A DNA stretch of 64,000 nt, from assembly GCA_964106915.2 (NCBI GenBank), contig OZ066919.1; one strand, written 5' to 3'. Of the stretch, positions 1-13,439 are shown piece by piece (positions within the stretch are counted from its first letter, which is position 1; every line of letters starts with the position of its first letter). Source of the DNA: Podarcis gaigeae (lineage: Eukaryota). Below the pieces are notes generated by a model. It was given only the letters and a program-made list of their open reading frames with translations, had not been told where the DNA came from and ran no database searches. The position numbers and the translations under genes were made by a program.

Positions 1-442
1 ATTATCTCCTTCATATGAAGAGTCTTACTGGGTCACACGAGCAATCAATCATACTCAATAGTTTACCTTTTGACAGTGGCCAGTTCGGAATGTTTTAGAA
101 AATTCCAGCTTTCAACAGCATATTGTCTTGGGATAGCTACTTTTAGCAAAAAGATATATTTTGGGGTGATCTTAAGTTCTGCCTTTTCAGAAATTCTAAA
201 TTACCCTCTGATAGTGTAGCATATGTTGATACCCCGTGAGAGATGAAGGAGATACAGAAAATATGTACGAAGGACAACAGTGGTCATATCTGAATGAGGA
301 GCCAGTAAATGAATAGTAAAGAAAATGCCATTGTCAATAAAGACTATGCAATTGTTTGGTTCCTTAATCCCAGTTTCTACTTAATCAGCAGTCATACATA
401 TATTTTTGTCATGTTCATTTAAACGTGCTACTTACTATGAGA

Positions 443-563
443 GTAGCCAATGTGTTGCGCTCTGGATGTCGTTTGACTATAACTCCCATCATCCCTGACC
501 AATGGACCATGCTATGGTCACTGTCCAACAACATTTGGATGGCTTCCATTTGGATACCCCTGG
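443..563. mobile_element. Degenerate palindromic hAT-like MITE remnant
   Basis: Contains the gactataactcccatcatccctgacca core, which recurs in either orientation at ~4795-4920, ~28165-28250 and ~39300-39360. Confidence 0.5.
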
Positions 564-1285
564 CTTACCAAGTCAATATCTTCCAGTAACAGAAATGTTT
601 CCTTTAAGTTTCCCATCCTTTTTTGTTTTTAAATGTCCACCACATCTCCTTTCAGACATCTCCTTTCTAAGTCTAAGTATCCTGTGTTCAAACTCCTCAC
701 ATAGAAAATGTTCCACACTTCTGATCTTTTTTTTTTTTTAGCATTTTTCCATAATTTTCTAGTTCTACAACAAAATTTTTGACATAAGGTGACCAGCACA
801 TATCACAAAGCAAAACAGTAAATGGGCCAAATATTTAAATGACAGTGCAGATTTGATATGGCCCTGTCAAAATAATATTAATTCTAAAAAAATAAAAAAG
901 AGTTCCATAAGGTACTTCCTGATTTATTGTTTGTAACCAATGATTATTATAATACAACTTATAAAAAGCACACGCCAAGAGTATGTTAAACATATACATT
1001 TTCAGAAATGCAAGTTGTCTAATGCTACAATGGTAAAGCCTCCCTAAATTAATTAGATTAAATAAAACAACTCCTTGGAAGTCTACACTGTTTGGGGTAA
1101 AAATGATAACTCGTAACTTTCTCAGTGCTAGTGCAAATAAAATTACTCCATAGCTAACAAACTTCTCCACTCTGGCTACTTCCTGATTACATGCATATAT
1201 TGTTATTATTATTATTGAGTTTATGTTCTTATATTTATATCCTACTTTTCTTTCATCATGTAACTCTAGCGAGTGTAGATGTAGT

Positions 1286-1372
1286 TCCAGGTGGTCACCC
1301 ATCCAGGCACTAACTAGCCCAAATCCTGCTTAACCTCGGTAAGGTGTGCGCGTCATGTGCTTTCAGACACAT
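1286..1372 (-). mobile_element. 5S-rRNA-derived SINE head (SINE3/AmnSINE-like) remnant
   Basis: ggtcacccatccaggcactaactagcccaaatcctgcttaacctc resembles the reverse complement of the 5S internal control region (GGTCTCCCATCCAAGTACTAACCAGGCCCGACCCTGCTTAGCTTC). Confidence 0.55.
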
Positions 1373-4300
1373 GGGTATTATGTAATATTAGAGTATTACA
1401 TAATGCTTCTAGGGTATATAAAACTATTATAGCTTTCATAGATTTTCTCCCATTGGCCAATTATATATAAAAAAGTGAAGTATGCATCTCCCACAAGATA
1501 AGATGTCCTTGGTTAATGCAGGAGAAACATTACATTTTGATATATTATATTGCATTCACAAGCTAGGGAAAAAATAAATAATTCCACTATGGTTAGATTA
1601 CTGTTGTCAACACAGTGGGAAGTAACAACGACCAGGCTTTCTCTCTCTCTCTTTTTTTTTGCATGTGATTAATTAAAAGGAAAAAAGAGTTAATCAAGAT
1701 AAACTTCTGCACCTGGCGAACACAGGACTGAAAGTTTATCATGTCTAAATATGTTTCTCATACATTTACTGCAAATTAGTTTTTGAAAGTGAATTTCAAG
1801 GTCTAGCGACTCCGAGGTTCACTAACTCAGTTTTCATTAAGTTTTCACAAATGATCTACTGTAGCATTATTCTTTTATAGTGCTGCAGATTTAGGACCCA
1901 CTATGAAAAGCAATTATGCTGTCAGAAAAGTGTATTTTGACTTATTAAAAAATTGAAAGGTTTCAGAAAACTATTTATTTTGGATCTCATTGGATGTGCA
2001 TGTTGACAGTATAGTGGAAGAAAGCATTTTTCTGTGGGGGTGGTTTTTGTGGCTGATTTGAATCATATGTCTTTGCTAGGAACTTAGAAAACCTTTTGGC
2101 AAATATTTACCAAAAAACAGCAAACAAAACTGAGTTGAACGCAGAACACACTACTGATAATGTGCAACACACTTATCAAGCCATAGGTGGCCTTACAGTT
2201 ATTAACTTGGTACAATATCCAGATGGATGATATTGTCTCCAGGGAATGCTGGGTAAGAACATAAGAAAAGCCCTTTTGGGTCAGACCAAAGACCCATTAA
2301 GTCCAATATCCTGCTCTCACAGTTGTAAACCAGAAATGTGCAAGCAGTAGTTTTAAAAGAATGGCTAAGGGAAAAATCCCATGTTATGGACATAAACCTT
2401 TGGTAATATCCTATCTACATACCAATCAGTGTGGAAGGGAATCCACAAGCAATGAGGAAAATCTTAACTCCTCTTAGCAGTCTTCTGGCTTCTTCACTTT
2501 TCTCTAGTCTTCTCATTGGTTTACTACAGGCAGAAGAGGGTATGTTCACAGAGGATTTTTTGAGAAGTGGGTATGCTGATTCAGTGCATCCATTCACTGA
2601 AAGCCAAGCAAAAGCCAGTAGTGTCCAACTCTTATCCCCGGTAGTCTGCACTGGGGTCATTGTGAATGGTGCGGTACACACATGGCAATGCAAAATTCCA
2701 GGAAGGTGGTACCAAAGTGGTATACTTCAACCCAGCCACTGTGTGTTGACTCCTTATTTCACCCTCCAGATGAAATAAGGGTTTATGGCATTCTAGAAAT
2801 TAAGCTCTTTCAGTATACATCTCTGAGGAATGTTGATATAGCAGATAAAGCATTGAGCCTGGGGATGTGGGCTCAAATACCCAGCAGCGGTGCATGAGGA
2901 GCAGAGGGATCCTGCTGTGCTTGCTGGGCAGCAGAAAGGTCAGGAGGGGTATGGGTTGGCAGCATTGGCAGCCCAGCAGGTGCACACCAACCTGGAAATC
3001 CATTTACCTTGCCACCAACTCACCCCATCCTGTCCCTGTCTTGGCATATGGATGCACCTCTGCTAGGAGAGCACCTCTGCAGATACCAAGTTGGCTATGA
3101 AGTTCATTCTGTCACATTAGACCATCCATTATCTCTCAGCCAGATCACTTGCATGGTTGTTTGGAGAATAAAATAGAATGATTCATGTATACTATTCTGA
3201 ACTCCTTGAAAGAAGGTGATTTAAATGTAAATTATAAAGAGAAAAAGTGATTTCATATTCAGTGTGTGGCTTCTTATGTAGCCAAAGCAGTACCACCCAT
3301 GAGAAGAGGCAGATAGCTACAGGCTCAGAGGAACCCCAAGATATGCAGATGCAAGAAATCTTTAGGGAATAGTATTATAAGAGGGGATACAAAATAGCCC
3401 AATGAGGACCTAGGACTTAGAATGATGACTGGTTGTTAGGAAAAGAAAAAAGAAAAAAACCTGGGGCAGGAGGAGAGAAATGGATCACATTATCGAGGAA
3501 AAGAGTATTGCTGGCTAGAATCCTGATGAGGAAGATTTGCAGATCCCACTTTTAACAACAGTAAGCTTTCAGAAATAGATAAATCATTTGGAACATGATG
3601 ACTCCACTGAACTTCTCAGAAACTGTGTACATGCACTTAACTGCTCCAGTACAGTGACATCAAACAATGGAGGGGGTTCTGTTGCACAACTTGAAGTTAT
3701 TCCAATTGCACCATAATTTGGTTGGATTCAACCCATTGGCTTCATTTCTCCTGATTAATGAATCATTACATTCAACATTTTGAAACATTCATGCCAAGCT
3801 TGCTTGCTTCTGATTGGTTTGGAATCAGCTGATGAGCCATTGTGTGATGAGCAAAATAAAGAGCTGGCCCTATGCACTCTAGAGGACAACTGCTCTAAAC
3901 TGCCACATATATGATCGCATGATGCCAAGGATAATTTCTGTTTTACAATTCAGCATTTAGCATCAACTGTGTGGAAAGTGCAGCACAGAACAGTACTGGG
4001 TTTTAGCTTGCAACACAAAGCATTGCATGCTATTTACTCAAAATATGTGATTTAGAGCACTTAAAATACTACAATGCATTTCATATATAGAGAAAATTTT
4101 TGTAGATTAATTTATTTTAAAGAAACAGCTTTCTTCTAATTGCCTTGAAAGAGTTAAACTCTTTTCAAGGTTAGTGAGCAATTTTTTGGCATTGAATTGA
4201 CACAAAGTGAGGGATGCTGAACTTCAACAGCTGACACGGGCTTCTGCAGGTGCAAAATCACAGATGGTTACATGTCATTACTGTTACTGAACTCACAAAA

Positions 4301-7300
4301 ATTTGCCAGGTTATGCAGAATACCATACACACAATATGCTATAGAGTTTGAAGAGCTTTGGATTCACCTCAGTAAAATTAAACACATGACCAGCAAAGGG
4401 CTTGCTCAGAGGGAAGAATTGGCTTCCAAATATTCCACTTTGTTCACAGTACAAAGAAACTAGAAAAAAAATTGCCATGATTTTCCAGTTTCAAGAGTGG
4501 CAATAGACCAGATCAGTTTTCAATGAAGCAAGGACTGTGGGAGGTCCAAATTTAGATGCAAAAACGAAGCCTGTGGCTTTTTCACCACGTTATATAGCTA
4601 ATCGGCATAACATCTAAGCAGGGCAGCTACGTATATCAGGGAATGTTGTGGCTTAGAGTCATTCTCACACTTGACAGCCACTGCCTACCAAAAATGAGCA
4701 GCTAATTCACTGATCTGAGTAAAAAGTTCTAAATGTTTTTGATCACTTCAAATTTCTATGTATTGTAGGTGAGAGAAAGGTATTTGCCAGGGACCGGGAA
4801 ACCTGTGGCCCTCAAGTGTTGTTGGACTACCAATTCCGATCATTCATTACTATTGGCCATGCTGCCTTGGATTGATGAGAACTCGAGTATGATAGCACCT
4901 GGAGTCACAAGTTTCTCCACCAAATTTGCTCCAGAGGGAGAAAACGGGCGTAACTGAAATTGCCTCTATACCTGTTCTGCTGGCAGATTTCCTTCGACCA
5001 GGGGATGGTCACCCATGGATACCACCCAAATAGATCTATCTCTATTGAGTGAAGAATCAATGCTGGGATGGACTGGCAATTTAGATGTCAAGAATGTCTA
5101 GAGATTCAAAATATGCACATCATAAAAACAAGAATAATCAAAGTACTAAAACAGGGGCACTGGAGAGAACAGGTGAAATGGGGGGGGGGTTAATCCTATC
5201 AAGCTTGACTAGTTTCACACCTTTCACCCTTGGCTCAAGTTCCATCTTTTCATTTCTCTCCTTTCGCAAGCCAGACTGTACAAGCTTCCCCATTGACTGA
5301 ATTTCTTTCCTTTACAGTACACTTTCCAATTTTGAATATTAAAATTACAGTCAGCACAAACTGGCAATTTAAAACTTTTCCCCAACTCTAGCCAAATGGA
5401 TTACAATCAGAAATGTCTTAAAACCACAATCTATTAATGCTACTGGGGTTGACAAATTGCCTGCTGTGCAAGAAAACCAAACAAAGTTATAATAACTTGG
5501 ACGTCAGAGAATAAAAGTATCAGCAGTGGCTGATTTTTGTAATTCATTTCACTTCCACCCAGTGATTTACTGGAATTAAAACAGAGCACAGACTAAGGAC
5601 AAAGAAATATTGTGGAAATTACTATTAGTTAGGGGCTTTATAGAATAGCCATTAAATATCTAACCATCTAGAGGCTAAACGCTGGCCTTTTGTCCTGATA
5701 CAGATTTTTTTTGGGGGGGGGAGAATAGAGAAATAAATGTGTATACAAATCATGACAAGTGATTTTTCTCAAGAGGTCTCACAGAAATGATAGGGAAGTG
5801 AATCACCCTTATTTATGAATATGTCTGAAATACAGCTATTATGGCTCCCAATCAAACAGAAGCAAGTGCCAACTAGAATCCCTGTAGGTTAATCAGACTA
5901 TTGTAAAACTAGCCATCAATTCTCTTTCTAGAAGTGATGCAAGACCCCAGGGATTCTCTAGGATTAGAATTTTAGAGGAGCAACACATATATTTGAATGG
6001 TTATTAGATTTGTTCCCTTCTGGGCGCCAGTTTTATATCCCTCCTCTTTCCCCAAATCTATTAAGATTGGCCTATTTTGCTTGCATGTGGAATGGGGGCC
6101 AGTTCAAAGGCTGGTCCAAATTTCCCCCTCCTTGGGTTTCCTGAAAATATTCTCCCCTTCAAAAACAGAGGCTGATTTGATGCAGCTTTGCTGAGGAAGG
6201 AGGTATTTCTCCAAAAGCTCCGGGAGCATTTTGCCAATTGCTTTACAGGGTCTCACCAGGAAATGCCGTCAGCAGGAAACTGGAGAGAGCCTTGCACCAT
6301 TTTCCCCTGACAACCCTTCCCCCAAAGCCCTCAGATTTGCATGGAGCACTGTGACACTGTGACTTCCATTGAAACAAAGTGATCTAATAATGTATGAAGT
6401 GTGAACCCCTTATTGGTCAGACCTAAAATTCACCAATATCAGCCCTTTATCAATTACAGCGCCTTGAGTCAAATGCTACAGAAAAGACCATGCACCAGTG
6501 ATTTGTCCCGGTGTGTATACAAGCTGGAATCTCCCACTGTAGGTGATGACAAAGAAAAGCACCTGTACATTTGTGGAACTCCATCTGCTGTAACACATGT
6601 GGGATCCCCATGGGTGCATGGGGCTGTGCATCAGAATCAATATGCATAATGGAAAACAAGAACAATGGTTTCCTCTATTCCTTACTAATCACTCCAAGTT
6701 ACCGGTAATCTAATTAAAATCTCAAGCATGAGGATACATTCTCTGAGCATCTCAGCAAATTGCACTTGATATTCTTGTCCTTAATGAATATCTGAAGGAA
6801 TATAATTTCATTCTTTGCTGATGGTTAGAATGTACAGTGTCAACCAGCCAGAGAAAAGAGTAATTATCAATTCACATGCGATGTTCTTGAAAGAACTGCA
6901 AAATTATATTTCTTAAGGCCCTGATCCTGTTCTGATGGAAAGAAATGGCACAATTATTACTCCTTCCAATAGAGACCTCCAAGATATGTTAATGGAATCC
7001 TCAGTGAGGCATGAGGAGCCACAACATTAACCCTGCTATGTATCCCTGCTATGTATGCCTTCAACACCTGATATGAAATGTTGTCACAGAAAGGCAAATA
7101 AATTCTTCTATACAATGCTGTTTTAGAAATGTTTCTATAAATATTCTATGCAGGGGGTGGGGAGAACCAGCATCTCAGAGGACAGTCGCAACTGTGGATA
7201 AACATTCATAGCCCCAAGGTGGCAAACTTTCATCTGTGGTCAGGTAAGAAATAACCAGAGGTCCGGATGTGGGGGCAGTCAAATGCCAAAGCCAAGAGTC

Positions 7301-8689
7301 AGGACCTCCTTTTCTCACCCAGCAACATCCCAGCCCATCGCCAGAAGCCATCAGAATCAGGAGGTTGCCTCCTGGGATGGGGTCTGGCCTACACATACAC
7401 TCAGTAATCTGCTGACCACACCTGGAGGAGGATCCATCTTGCTCTCCACCCTGCTGTCATCATGGGGTAAGCAGATATCCAGGGTCTAAACTGTGGTACC
7501 AAGTGGAATACGCAATCTTGCATGTGCCAGTAGCTGCCCAAATCCAGCAGTCCATGTCTATGAACTGCAAGCGCCTAATAAAACTCCAGTGGTCATGTGA
7601 ATTGATATTTCGCTTAATAGTATAAGAACCATATAATTATTTTGCAAGGACATTGCCGTAGGATCAATTTCTCCACCTTTAAAATAAAATGCTATTTCTT
7701 GCTTTGCTTCCACATTTACATTTCATAAATGTCACAGCTCCCTCCCCCCCACCAACATTTATGCAGCAGCAGGGGGCCATTATCCTATGACAATGAATGT
7801 TTAATACCACTGGCATACCATTGGCATAGTGCTTAATTAAAATTGATCTTTTTTGCCATTGATCGGCTATGCATGCCAAGCGTGCCCTGAAGCAAAACAT
7901 TTGGGTGAGGATTGAGGAGAGCAGTTGGATATAAATCCTCCATCATTTAATTGATGACCAATCAGAAATCTGAATTTGGATCCTTAAGGCAAAAACAAAC
8001 ACTAAGACAAAATCCCCAATGGATTTTGCAAATATAGTCTTTTCATAAATTGTTGAATTGAGGAGAATATTATACTCCATTTGCAAACAGTTGGTTTGCT
8101 CTTCCATAACCCCCTTGCTGTGCAGCAGTCACAGAAAGAGCCTGCCTAGGTATTGACTAATAAGGCAGCAGATTTGCAGTGGCTAATATAAGGGAGCTGT
8201 TTCCTGGCTCAGTCCTGGAGCACTTCATATTAACAGTAAATGAAATAGTGAACTTATATCACCCATATGGAACCACAGCCAGCCTCTACACATCTGGAAT
8301 TAGCCCTCAGGGCTCATAGGTGTGTTTGAACCCTGGCATCTCTTTTTGAAGAAACAAAATTTAAATAAAGTTCCAGCTGATCCCTGATCTCTATTTTGAT
8401 ACTGGACTGTTTTGTTGTCCCTTTTTTAGAGGGGATACGGTAGGATTTGTCCTTTCATTCTTGTTGATGGAGGAACGCTTATTATTCTTATGTTTTATTC
8501 TGTGTTTTGGATTTTAAATATTTGATACACTGTTCTGTATTTTAATATTTTCTAAGGTGCTTTATGATGTTTTATTTAAAATTATAACAATAATAATATA
8601 TCTCTTATCACTAACATTGTAAAACATCCCATATGTTGTAAGTAAATAGAGTGTAGAACTATGAGTGACATTAGCTAATGTCAAATCTC

Positions 8690-8840
8690 TGTGTAGCTAT
8701 GAAACTCACAAGGTCACGTTTGGCCAGTCACTATTTCTCACTTGAACCTCCCACACAGAGTTGCTGTGCGAATAAAATGTGGACAGGAAACCTATGTATG
8801 CCACTCTGAGCTCCTTTGAGCAAGAATGTGCTAAAAAGAT
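8690..8840 (+). mobile_element. Old CORE-SINE (MIR/Squam3-like) remnant; a similar remnant lies at ~3090-3230
   Basis: ttggccagtcactatttctcacttgaacctcccacacagagttgctgtgcgaataaaatg ... tatgccactctgagctccttt resembles the CORE plus L2-like tail of squamate SINEs. Confidence 0.5.
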
Positions 8841-11800
8841 CATTGAAATGTGTCCTTATCTCTGTTTCAATCTATACTTTTACACACACATTTATGAATC
8901 CCTATTTCCCTGTATGTCACATTTTAAATGCATCTTCCAGTTGTGAGGGATATAAATGTGGGTGTGTTTAAAAAACTTAAAATTGTGATTCTTTAGGAAC
9001 CAGATATATTATCTAGCCAAAAAGTTAACAGTTGTAATATGCCATCACAGCTATACAGTAAACTTAGGTCCTTGAATAAGAAATGACAATTTCTGCTGAA
9101 TATTTCACTATGATGGATTAATTGTGTTATGGTCAATTTATTAAATATTTTAAAAGGAACTCAGGGTTATGCTTTTTTAAAGTTGCGACACACTGTCTGA
9201 TTGTGTGAATGTGTCTCATAAAGAAGAGCAAGCTAGTGTAGTCTTTGAAGCAAAGTCAAAATGATGTCTCGCCCCCATTTCCTATTTTTAGTGACAATCA
9301 GAGATGAGGCTGAAGGGAGGAAAATAGCTCCTGTGTGTTGTGTCTGCTCAAAGTGACAGTTTCACATTGCTTCGTTGTAAGGCTGCCCCTATGGGTTACT
9401 GTGTGGAGCATAATTTTCAAGTCAGATTTTTAAAAAAGTTGCTGAGAACAAGACCATAATAGCATCAAAGTAAACGAATGCAGATGACACCTCTTCCATT
9501 ACTGTCGTGACACTTTGGGATGATCATATTTGTGCTTTTACATGTGCCACTGCAGACCGAGATTATCATTGGAATGTATTTTACCAACTGAAGCTTACCT
9601 AAAAGGATGAAGGAAGAATACAAGATGCTCAGGGCTAACATGGCATAAGCTTAGGTTTACTTTTCTGAAGCCCGCTGAACATGTGCACTGCAAGAATGCC
9701 TCACCTAATGAGGTGGAGCCACAGCAATACCCAACCCGGCAGTGGAGGTTATTACCAGGAGGTGTGAGGCAGTGGCAAGGTCAGGCCTATGTGGGTGCAC
9801 CTGCAGGAGTACCAGATTAGTTTTGCTGGTGCTCCTACACAACCCCAAACTCATTGTCGTCTTGCCCTTTCCAGTGAGCAGCAGCGACAGCACTACTGGG
9901 TGAGTGTACGAGAAAGGCAAGTGCACACTTTTTTTGAGTGCATATTACTGGGTAAGTTATTATTTAATATTGGACCCTATTTACATTATACACTGAAACA
10001 AAAATGAATTAAAATCCTCTTAATTTTATCACAACACTGCAAATGTAAATAATATAAATCAGTAACTACCTGTGCCTGTGAAGAGCTAACAGTCTAATTA
10101 GACCTCTTCTATAAATGTCAAATGAAGTTAAATTTAAAATGTGTCTTGAAGCCATGCAGAAAAAATTGCTTCATTCAGAAAAAAAGTGGGGGATGTGATC
10201 CAAATATGAAGAAGTCATCATTTACAGCAGAAAGGTATAAGAGAGGAAATTACTATTAATGATCTGTCGCTGTGATTCAAGCACCCCTTTGACCTGGAGT
10301 TACATTGCGGTTTAAAAACCGTCAGTCTCTAGGCCTCTGTGTCCTCCTGGCATAGTCTACCAAACATGAAGCATTTTTTTAAATAGAAAACTATGTGAAA
10401 CTATTTCATAGAAAGCTTGTGTGCTTTCATTTCACTGGTGGTTAAATGTAGTTATTTATTATGGAACAGTTATGCATAGGTAATATTCGTAGTATGTGCT
10501 CCAAGAGAATATTTTCACTTACTTGAGAAAACTGTTGAGAACCTTCATGTGTCAATTGGAAAAGAGTAGAGACCTGGGTCCTTTTGCCAGCACACCCGTA
10601 TGTCTCAAACTGTTAGGTGCCTGAAAATTTGTGTAAGGCGCTGATAGCAGACTAGCCAAAAGAAGCATCCTAACAGCATTAACATGGAGATCCCAAAGTG
10701 TGCTGCTAGACTGTTTCCTAAAAGTGTAGCCACCCTGGGTTTCTTCCACATTTTGACTGCATCTTTGTGCTGGAAGATCAGAATGGCCAGCAGCTTTCAC
10801 AGTCAGTGCATTAATGGGCCTGCAGAAATCTGTATGAACAGCTTCAAAGAGTTTACTGAATTGGATCAGTCACCATCCAAAAACCCATATAAGGAGAGCT
10901 CCATGCAGATATGCTCCTGCAGAGAGAGAAGAGCAAGAACTCTGATAAGGGTTCTGAGGGAATGCTTTTCATGCAGGAGAAAGTCTCCGAGAAAAATATT
11001 GCCAGAAATGGCCTACCATATACCACCCTGCCTGAAGGGTTGAAAGGAATTTGAATAGAAGAAATAGAGAAACAAATAAGGTTATGCTTATGGAATGGCC
11101 TGAGAAATGAAAATGTTTGAAATTGCCTTAATAAAAAGGCAAGAAGACAATGCAATTCAAGCATGGGATCAGAGATTATTTTCTAAAAGGCTTCTGCTGA
11201 TTATAAGCCATGCGGGCCCAGCCTGCTGCCGCTCAGAAACAAAGGCGAACCACCAGAAGACAGCCCAGCCTGATAGCATCCCTGGCTACTGGGAGGCTGT
11301 TCTTACTGCTGCCAGCTTGGGCTCTGACTGTGCATCATCTAATGTATGTAGAATTGCAACTCCACCTCCGCTACTCTGTTGAAAGGCCAGAACTGAGCTT
11401 TGGCAGGGAGCTGTGAAGGAAAGATGTCTTGGCAAGCAGGAGCAAAAACAAGTTTCCTGGAGAGATATCATTAGCCCACTGCATTAGTTTGTAGTCTAGA
11501 AAATCTTCTAACAGCTTTCCCTCCTACACTCTCCAACCCCCATGCACATGCTTAAGGACTGGAGAATATTCTTCCCCTATATTTTAATTGGCAGTCTGCT
11601 AGGTCTTCTTTTCCCACAACATGAGCAATATATGTATGATTATATTCTCCCAGTTTTCTCCTGACGGGGGTTCAGGATACATTCTTGACAAGATACTGCC
11701 AATTGCATGCAGATGTTACACCAAAATAACTACATGGGAGCACAAATTAGAAAGCTATTATTTATGTTTCCAGTATTATGATTTTCACAGAGAATAGGAG

Positions 11801-12247
11801 AGTTCACTTCTTTTCACTAATGCAAATTTTTAAAGAAACTACTGTAAGCCCCCAGTTGTTATACGATGATATAGCAGAGTGAGTGGCAGAGAAGGCAGTA
11901 GCAGTGCCTCATTTCTTGCCCAACACCTGACCTTTACTGTGCAATGTGGATCTTTTCTTAGAAGTTCTGTCCTAAGGAAGCCTTGAAGTTATCTCCTGTT
12001 ACTATGGCATTACAGCAAGAAGCACAGGAGCTGCCTAGATAAAAGTAACAAATCACAACTGCCATATGTCTATTTATTTTAAAAGGTCTTTTAAAAATTG
12101 CTCTGTTTAGACCTGTTCAGCCCTCATGCAACAAGGGAAGACTGGGGATGCACAGACTGGGCCTCTCCCCTCCATAGCATCCACACTGGAGGGCAGTGGT
12201 ATGCAGCAGGCAGTCTGTTCTATGCATGCATGCTCCCCATGTAACTT

Positions 12248-13439
12248 AGAATTCCTTGAACGGAATACCCAAAAACTGAAGGCGCAGGCGATGGCCACAC
12301 CTAGCCCTTCGACACCACAACACATTATTCCAATGCGTAACCGCCACCCGAGCCCAAAAGGGGCTCACCACCAATACCCTCACAGCTGTAACCAATCCCC
12401 GATGCTGATGTTGATGCTAGTTAACCAAAAGTCATTCCCTTGGTCTGAAAGATGAACCCCATCATTCCGGTACAAGGCTTGGTCGCCAATCCGGATACGG
12501 CCATGAGAGATGACTCGGCCATACATAAAGCGCACCCAACGGGCTATTGCACGATTTAAGAGTTTCCTGGATTTTTCAATGGCCATACAGTTCTGCGCAC
12601 CGTGCCACACAATACTCTTCAGGAAGGAGGACCAGAACACCGTTGTTCTGGGACACAAGGCAGCAATCTCATCCAAATCTCTTTTTATGTGCCACGACAA
12701 GTCCACAGGATTTTCAAATAAAATAAGCTCCGAGGGGCAGAAGCAGCCTGTCTATACGAAATCCCCTACGTTTTCCTCTGATCTGTGCAGTGACTTCCAA
12801 CCTTATATCACGTGTCCTTGTGTATTCATTCCACTTGGGGGGGGGGGAGATCAGGTCCTCGAACCATCTCCTCCTGAAGAGAGGGGAGTGGTTGTGGGCG
12901 GGAGCCTGAGCCCCGCCTCTAGCAGGGGGCGTTAGCCCCCTGCCTCCCACTCACCTGGCTGGCGCCCACGCCCATCGGCAGGCACCCAACCAGGTGCCTC
13001 CGAGGGGGCGTGTACAGCAGCCTTAATACTGTGGCGCCAGCCCCTCCTCGGCCTCACTCTTCGTCGTCCCGTCGTGATTCACCCACCCTCCACTCCCTTT
13101 GAGCTCAGGGTCTTAGTTTTCCTTGGCCTTGCTATGGACCTTAGGTTGGTCGCCCTGGTTGTCCAGGGAGCCTGGTAGGAATTTTTCCATTTGGCATTAG
13201 GCTTTTTGGTTTTTTCGCCTACCGCGTAGCAACCGACGGGACGACGAAAAGTGAGGGCTGGAGGCTGGCGCCGCAGCAATTTAGGCTGCTGTACACGCCC
13301 CCCCTTGAAGGCACCTGGTTGGGCGCCAGCCAGGTGAGTGGGAGGCAGGGGGCAAACGCCCCCTGCTTGAGGCAGAGTCCGGCTCCCGGCCACAACCACT
13401 CCCCTCTCTTGTAGGGAGGAGAGTCTTTGTGCAGGGTTC
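12248..13439. mobile_element. Relic of a tyrosine-recombinase (Ngaro/DIRS-like) retrotransposon 3' region: SGNH ORF fragment plus long GC-rich inverted repeat
   Basis: Abrupt GC- and CpG-rich island in an AT-rich intron. Contains the SGNH-type ORF and ~200-bp inverted arms, and is flanked by TAACTT on both sides (12242-12247, 13440-13445). Confidence 0.65.
12380..12706 (-). pseudogene. C-terminal half of a transposon-borne SGNH/GDSL hydrolase-like ORF
   Basis: The 108-aa ORF ends ...ALYRNDGVHLSDQGNDFWL..., where DGVHLS is the DxxH block V motif of SGNH hydrolases. The N-terminal catalytic Ser block is not seen. SGNH ORFs are a known accessory of Ngaro elements. Confidence 0.7.

Noticed and set aside
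835-1302. 155-aa minus-strand ORF
   Set aside because: AT-rich, compositionally biased translation beginning in a 5S-SINE remnant; no domain.
2415-2778. Overlapping 92- and 115-aa ORFs, the plus one with a signal-peptide-like start
   Set aside because: No recognisable homology or supported exon structure; ORFs this size occur by chance.
9671-9906. Exon-like plus-strand segment ending in TGG|GTGAGT
   Set aside because: The frame from the putative acceptor hits a stop, the peptide is unrecognised, and no partner exons were found.
10684-11416. Cluster of 70-120 aa ORFs suggesting a nested gene
   Set aside because: No recognisable protein motifs. BEND5, nested in mammalian AGBL4, was looked for and not recognised anywhere in the window.
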